Shown here: one piece after another, positions 59,150 to 64,000 of the stretch
How positions within the stretch are numbered: position 1 is the stretch's first letter
Layout: each line of letters begins with the position of its first letter
Assembly: GCA_015065505.1 (NCBI GenBank)
Contig: SVQE01000002.1
Location: 1,502-65,501, forward strand
Length of the DNA stretch: 64,000 nucleotides
Direction of reading: 5' to 3'
Source of the DNA: Oscillospiraceae bacterium
GTDB taxonomy: Bacteria; Bacillota; Clostridia; Oscillospirales; Acutalibacteraceae
Notes under the pieces: generated by a model
The model's input: the letters and a program-made list of their open reading frames with translations, nothing else
Databases searched by the model: none
Told to the model about the DNA's origin: nothing
Made by a program: the position numbers and the translations under genes

Positions 59150-62098
59150 ATGCAAAAATCAATTAAAAAGGTAATTGCAGGTGCTATTGCTGCACTTATG
59201 ATTACCTCGTCGATGCCCATCGTTGCATCGGCAGCAGTCGGCGATTATGAACCCGACGTACAGCTTCAGTTTTCATCATTCTTTGATGCAGACGAACAAA
59301 CAGATCCCACTGAGAAATCAGCTTCTTCCTCAACTTGTTATCAGAGTTCAGGTTTAAAAGCTTTCCCGATTCAGTACGACGAAGAAACCGGTACTCTCAC
59401 AGCTAAGGCTGATGATATGACCACATACAATGAGTATTGGGAAGCAGACCCTGCTGATGAGGATATTGTTCTCGGCGAAGGCGATCTTTTCGCAGTAACA
59501 ATCAGATTTGATAATGTAGCTATTGCTGCATCAGGTAATGTTAATATCAGATATTCTGATAACATTTCACCTGCAGGTATTTGCTCATACAAATCAGGTA
59601 AAAAGACTTACTTTACTTTTGCAAGTGAAGACAGTTTACCTGCAGGCTTCCAGGCAGAAGTTGCCGGATTCAAAAGCCCTGTTGCAGAGTTCTCAGCAAG
59701 CACTCTTTATGCCGGCATGAACGACACCGTTCTCGGCGACTTAAGCTGCATTCAGGAAGACCCGAATGCTGTTGCAGACGACGGTTGGAGCGATGACATG
59801 ATGACCGCAACTCTTGTTTGCTCAGGCGACTATGTTGACGTAAGCTCAGTTGATTCTTCAAACGGCTTCTTCGATATTAAGAATGGCACATATGATGATG
59901 AAGACGGTTACACCTATGACAACCAGTTCATCGTTGCAACATTCGTATTCGCAATTACAGACGACACAAAGCCCGTTCAGTTCACACTTCAGGATCCCAC
60001 AGGTGAATTCGACAGCGAACTTAACAACGCAGTATTCTTTGGTAAGAAGAGCGAAGGTCTTGCAAAAGAAAACGGAACAACTTATGCTCCCAACGGCGAG
60101 AACCCCGGTTCAATGAAGATGACATTCATGGGCAAGAACACAAATAAGGGCGAAGAGCCTGTTGCTCACGTTCATAATTATACTTCTGTTGTAACTGCTC
60201 CCACTTGTGAAGATCAGGGTTACACAACCTACACCTGCCAGAACGATGGATGCGACAATCCGCAATACATTGCTGATTATGTTGACGCATTAGGTCACGC
60301 ATATGCTATCGATTCTGTTGATTGGGATACTCTCAACACAGAAACAGGTAAGGTAACAGCTCACTACATTTGTGGTAGAGATGAAAACCACACAAATGAT
60401 GTTGAAGTTCAGACAACCTCACAGGTTACTCAGGTAGCTACAGAGGAACAGGTTGAGCTTACAAAGTTCAGCTATACAGAAGGCGACAAGAGCTTTGATA
60501 CAACTGTTCAGACAGGCGAAAAGTTAGAGCATGTTCATAACTATGTACCGACAGTAACTCCTCCCACCTGCACAGCTCAGGGTTACACAACCTACACCTG
60601 CACATGCGGTGACAGCTATGTTGCTGATTATGTAGATCCTATTGCTCATACAGAAGGCACAGCAGTTAAGGAAAACGATGTTCCTTCAACCTGCAACACC
60701 CTTGGCGGATACGATTCAGTAGTATACTGCACAGTATGTAATAATGAGGTTTCAAGAACTCATGTAGATTACACAGAATATGCAGCTCATACAGAAGGCA
60801 CAGCAGTTAAGGAGAACGATGTTCCTTCAACCTGCAACACCCTTGGCGGATACGATTCAGTAGTATACTGCACAGTATGTAAGAATGAGATTTCAAGAAC
60901 TCATGTAGATTACACAGAATATGCAGCTCATACTCCTGCAGCTGCAGTTGATGAAAATGTTAAGCCCGCAACCAAGAAGGATGCAGGTTCAAAAGACGTT
61001 GTTGTTTACTGCTCAGTATGTCATGAAGAGATTTCAAGAGAAACTGTTACAACAGATCCTGCTCTTGGCGTAAACATCACAGTTGAAAAGTCAGATATCG
61101 GTACTGTTAAGGGTCTTGAAGAAGGAGTTAACAAGCTTGCTTACGGTGAAACCTTCACCTTAACCGCAACACCTGTTGAAGGCGCAACATTCGTTGGTTG
61201 GGAAATCAGCGGCAACATCGTATCCAAGGACGCAACATATTCAGCAAAGGCTGTTTCCGATATTACAATCACTCCTGTATTTGAGGACCAGGCTGCTGAA
61301 ACAATTACCGTAACATTCTTTGATAAGTACGGCAACACTGTTAAGCAGTATAAGGATATGGACGTAGCTGATTATCAGGCTGCAATCGCTGCTGACATTG
61401 ATAATCTTGTAGGTCCTGCATATCCGAGCTATGAGTTCAAAGGCTGGGATAAGTCTAAGGACGAAATCCTTGCTCTTGATGCATCAACAACTATCTGGGC
61501 AACCTATGAGAAGATTGAAGAAGCTGCAGTTCCGAAGTACACTGTAACAACAAATGCAGAAGTAATTCTTCCTTCAGGCATCGTTAACGGCGAGATTCCT
61601 TACGATACTCAGGTAACAGTTCGCGACACAGCTGCAAGTGCTTGGAAGGTTGGCGACACAATCGTTGCTTACGGAACAACCTACACATTCTATGTTGGTT
61701 CTGATGTAACAGTTGATCCTGTATACGAAGCAGTTGATGAGAAAGCAACAACAACCGTTATCGGTGCAAACCTCATCGCAGGTTCTGACTATAAGTTCAA
61801 CATCGTTGCAACCAGAAACGTTCCTGACGGATATACTCTTACCGACTACGGTTTCGTTTATGGTAAAGCATTAACAGATGCTGAGCTCGACCTTGATAAT
61901 GTTGGCAAGGTTGCAGGCAGCGGCGCAACAATCAAGGCAGTTCATGCCGGAACAAGAAATACAGAGTCTAACGAATTCGCATTCAACTATGGTATCAAGA
62001 ATAAGGATGCTGCTGTAACAGCTAAGTCATTCATCGTTGTTACCAAGGGTGACGATACCGAAATCATTTACTCTGATATGTTTGTTCAGAATTATTAA
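59150..62098 (+). CDS. Secreted scaffold-like protein: expanded cohesin-like domain, His/Cys-rich repeats, InlB-B/Flg_new-like repeats and a C-terminal beta domain
   Basis: Signal peptide; GDLFAVTIRFDN...IVATFVFAI; HVHNY..PTC..QGYTTYTC; LTATPVEGATFVGW. Confidence 0.7.
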   Translation: MQKSIKKVIAGAIAALMITSSMPIVASAAVGDYEPDVQLQFSSFFDADEQTDPTEKSASSSTCYQSSGLKAFPIQYDEETGTLTAKADDMTTYNEYWEADPADEDIVLGEGDLFAVTIRFDNVAIAASGNVNIRYSDNISPAGICSYKSGKKTYFTFASEDSLPAGFQAEVAGFKSPVAEFSASTLYAGMNDTVLGDLSCIQEDPNAVADDGWSDDMMTATLVCSGDYVDVSSVDSSNGFFDIKNGTYDDEDGYTYDNQFIVATFVFAITDDTKPVQFTLQDPTGEFDSELNNAVFFGKKSEGLAKENGTTYAPNGENPGSMKMTFMGKNTNKGEEPVAHVHNYTSVVTAPTCEDQGYTTYTCQNDGCDNPQYIADYVDALGHAYAIDSVDWDTLNTETGKVTAHYICGRDENHTNDVEVQTTSQVTQVATEEQVELTKFSYTEGDKSFDTTVQTGEKLEHVHNYVPTVTPPTCTAQGYTTYTCTCGDSYVADYVDPIAHTEGTAVKENDVPSTCNTLGGYDSVVYCTVCNNEVSRTHVDYTEYAAHTEGTAVKENDVPSTCNTLGGYDSVVYCTVCKNEISRTHVDYTEYAAHTPAAAVDENVKPATKKDAGSKDVVVYCSVCHEEISRETVTTDPALGVNITVEKSDIGTVKGLEEGVNKLAYGETFTLTATPVEGATFVGWEISGNIVSKDATYSAKAVSDITITPVFEDQAAETITVTFFDKYGNTVKQYKDMDVADYQAAIAADIDNLVGPAYPSYEFKGWDKSKDEILALDASTTIWATYEKIEEAAVPKYTVTTNAEVILPSGIVNGEIPYDTQVTVRDTAASAWKVGDTIVAYGTTYTFYVGSDVTVDPVYEAVDEKATTTVIGANLIAGSDYKFNIVATRNVPDGYTLTDYGFVYGKALTDAELDLDNVGKVAGSGATIKAVHAGTRNTESNEFAFNYGIKNKDAAVTAKSFIVVTKGDDTEIIYSDMFVQNY
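60644..60925 (+). repeat. Near-perfect 141-bp (47 aa) tandem duplication
   Basis: Copies start at 60644 and 60785 with about 3 mismatches; a diverged third copy starts at 60926. Confidence 0.95.
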
Positions 62099-62120
62099 TA
62101 ACAATAGGAGGGTTAATATA

Positions 62121-62222
62121 ATGAAAGAAATTTACACCAAGCCTGTTGTTGAAGTTGAAGAGTATAAGACAGTTGATGTTATTGCAACATCACTCGACCA
62201 GCTCGGAGACGACGAAGACTAA
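62121..62222 (+). CDS. 33-aa peptide MKEIYTKPVVEVEEYKTVDVIATSLDQLGDDED (YxKP leader-like)
   Basis: Strong RBS aggaggg; last gene before the terminator. Confidence 0.8.
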   Translation: MKEIYTKPVVEVEEYKTVDVIATSLDQLGDDED

Positions 62223-62232
62223 GGCAAAAAAG

Positions 62233-62266
62233 GAAAAGGATACGGGCAACCGTATCCTTTTTCTTT
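62233..62266 (+). terminator. Intrinsic terminator of the surface-protein operon
   Basis: aaaaggatacgg-gcaa-ccgtatccttttt. Confidence 0.85.
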
Positions 62267-62268
62267 AT

Positions 62269-62396
62269 GAGTTAAGAGTTAAAAATTAAAAGTGAAGAGT
62301 TTATGTTACTCGCTGCGCTCAGACAATAATAATTAATTGACCGAGGTGAAACCGAGATACCGAAACTCTTCACTCTTCATTTTTCACTTTTCATTA
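62269..62396. repeat. Full heptamer-flanked element (GAGTTAA/AAGTGAA array, ctcgctgcgctc, spacer, ccgag..cgagataccgaaa, ACTCTTC array)
   Basis: Same core architecture as 38782-38897 with different heptamers. Confidence 0.8.
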
Positions 62397-62420
62397 TAAT
62401 TTGTCGGAATAATCGACAAA

Positions 62421-62990
62421 TTAAACTATCATTCCACTTTCAATCCAATCAAGAACTGAAATAAATTCTTCCTTGTATGCGTCGAGCTTTTCCTGATTTG
62501 AATCAACAAATGCTAAAAATTCATCCGTATCTTCAAATTCAAATGTGAAATCCTGCTCAAAATCATATGTTGCAGTGAAGAAATAATCAAATAAATCGGT
62601 TGGTGAAAACATTTCAAGCAGCTTGTCCGCAACAATCTGAGTTGTGTAGTCAAGCGCGTTTTTAATTGTTGCTGCATTGTCGCCTTCATCAACATCAATT
62701 TCGGGGTCGTTTTCGCAGTATGCAATAATTTCGTCCTCTGCAATTCCGAGGTTTGCGAGGTGTTCAACAACACTTTCAAAATCGGTTTCGTTAACCTCAT
62801 CATAAAGTCTGTAAACAAATTCACCGATAAGATTTTGAATTGCAACTGCCTTGAATATGCAGTCTATTTCGTGATTATCCTCGTCGGTGATAACAAAGCC
62901 GTCCTCTTCAAAATTATCCCAGAACAAATCGAAAAGATAGGTGTTCTTTTCTTCAAAAACTGCCTCGTGAATATAATCTCCTAAATTCAT
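62421..62990 (-). CDS. Highly acidic hypothetical protein
   Basis: RBS ggagg; about 50 D/E against about 7 K/R in 189 aa. Confidence 0.8.
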   Translation of the reverse strand: MNLGDYIHEAVFEEKNTYLFDLFWDNFEEDGFVITDEDNHEIDCIFKAVAIQNLIGEFVYRLYDEVNETDFESVVEHLANLGIAEDEIIAYCENDPEIDVDEGDNAATIKNALDYTTQIVADKLLEMFSPTDLFDYFFTATYDFEQDFTFEFEDTDEFLAFVDSNQEKLDAYKEEFISVLDWIESGMIV

Positions 62991-63120
62991 AATTTTTCCT
63001 CCGCCAAAAAGGTTAATATTATTTTATACTATATTGCCGATTTTTTCAATATTGCATTGTATTTTAATTTAATATATAATTAGTTTATATTAAAACAATA
63101 TTAATTCTAAGGTGATTTAT

Positions 63121-63993
63121 ATGAAGTTTGAAATAAAATCAAGAGAAGCAACTGTTATTTTAGGTCTTGAAGGCGCAATGCTTAATTCGCTTAAAAAAGA
63201 CGGTATTGAATATCTCTGGCAGGGCGACCCTGCCGTTTGGGCAGGTCAGGCGCCCGTCTGCTTCCCGATAGTCGGCGTTTTGCCCGAGCACAAAGGCTAT
63301 GCCTTCGGCAAGGAATGCAATATGAAGCGCCACGGCGTTGCAAGAATAAGTCCGTTTGAGGTTTTTGAGCAGTTTGATAATTCAATAACCTTTATTCAGA
63401 AAAGCAGCGACGAAACCAAAAAGGCATTTCCCTTTGATTACGAGCTAAAAATCAAGTACACAATTATCGGCTCAACTGTTACAACAGAATATATTATAAC
63501 CAACACGGGAAGCGAAAAATTCCCATTTGCAATCGGCGGACATCCAGCGTTTAACTGCCCTCTTACATCGGGCGAGAGCTTTGATGATTACAAGGTTGTT
63601 TTTGATAAGAAAATGACTAAAAAATATCTGCGTCCCAATCACCGGACGGGAATTATCGACATAAATGAGCGTTTTGACTGCCTTGAAAACAGCGATGAAA
63701 TTCAGATGGATTATTCTCTTTTCGGCGAAAAGGATTCAATGATTTTTGATGATATTGAGTCGAAATGTGCAACGCTTATCGGCAAAGCTGGCAGGGGAGT
63801 TAAAATCGAATATCAGGATATGGCAAATCTTCTTATCTGGAGCGCCTATGATTCCGATTTTGTTGCTCTCGAGCCCTGGACGGGCATTTCAAACTGCTCT
63901 GATGAAACAGATATTATCGAGGATAAAAGAGGTATAAACATTCTATTCCCGAATGAAACCGCAAGCTTTAAATTTAAAATTACAATGATTTAA
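63121..63993 (+). CDS. Aldose 1-epimerase family (LacX-like) protein
   Basis: EYLWQGDP..W...AP..FPIVG, RHG.AR, GGHPAF, ALEPW.G. Confidence 0.9.
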   Translation: MKFEIKSREATVILGLEGAMLNSLKKDGIEYLWQGDPAVWAGQAPVCFPIVGVLPEHKGYAFGKECNMKRHGVARISPFEVFEQFDNSITFIQKSSDETKKAFPFDYELKIKYTIIGSTVTTEYIITNTGSEKFPFAIGGHPAFNCPLTSGESFDDYKVVFDKKMTKKYLRPNHRTGIIDINERFDCLENSDEIQMDYSLFGEKDSMIFDDIESKCATLIGKAGRGVKIEYQDMANLLIWSAYDSDFVALEPWTGISNCSDETDIIEDKRGINILFPNETASFKFKITMI

Positions 63994-64000
63994 CAATCAG

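Noticed and set aside
316-63937. Numerous short overlapping or antisense ORFs in the six-frame track
   Set aside because: They lie within well-supported genes and lack an RBS or recognisable motifs

Overview
Chromosomal window from a low-GC anaerobic Firmicute. Gene content and style suggest Clostridia, probably Oscillospirales or an Eubacterium-like lineage (inference). Core loci are rnfCDGEAB-apbE, murI-DUF1934-argS-radical SAM, RNase P RNA, an iolJ-like aldolase with iolC, serC-serA, mntP, NusG-II/Gx/yqfC/yqfD, and a glucuronate pathway (uxuA-uxuB converging on uxaC-kdgK-eda). There are two AT-richer runs of small accessory genes (NUDIX, HAD, GNAT, methyltransferase, ASCH, FlaR-like). The most unusual elements are five. 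(1) A consensus promoter whose transcript begins with a 5S rRNA helix III/loop C mimic followed by an intrinsic terminator, an apparent attenuator at 36127-36273. (2) An ~19-kb divergent locus of giant secreted proteins with no recognisable catalytic domains, apparently linked by a private X-dockerin/cohesin pair and ending in a small YxKP leader-like peptide. (3) An unannotated type I toxin-antitoxin module at 37730-38005. (4) A family of intergenic elements with a shared core but different heptamer arrays in each copy. (5) A probably catalytically dead sortase-fold protein. No CRISPR array, transposase, integrase, tRNA or full-length rRNA was seen. All domain calls are by-eye motif recognition, not database searches.
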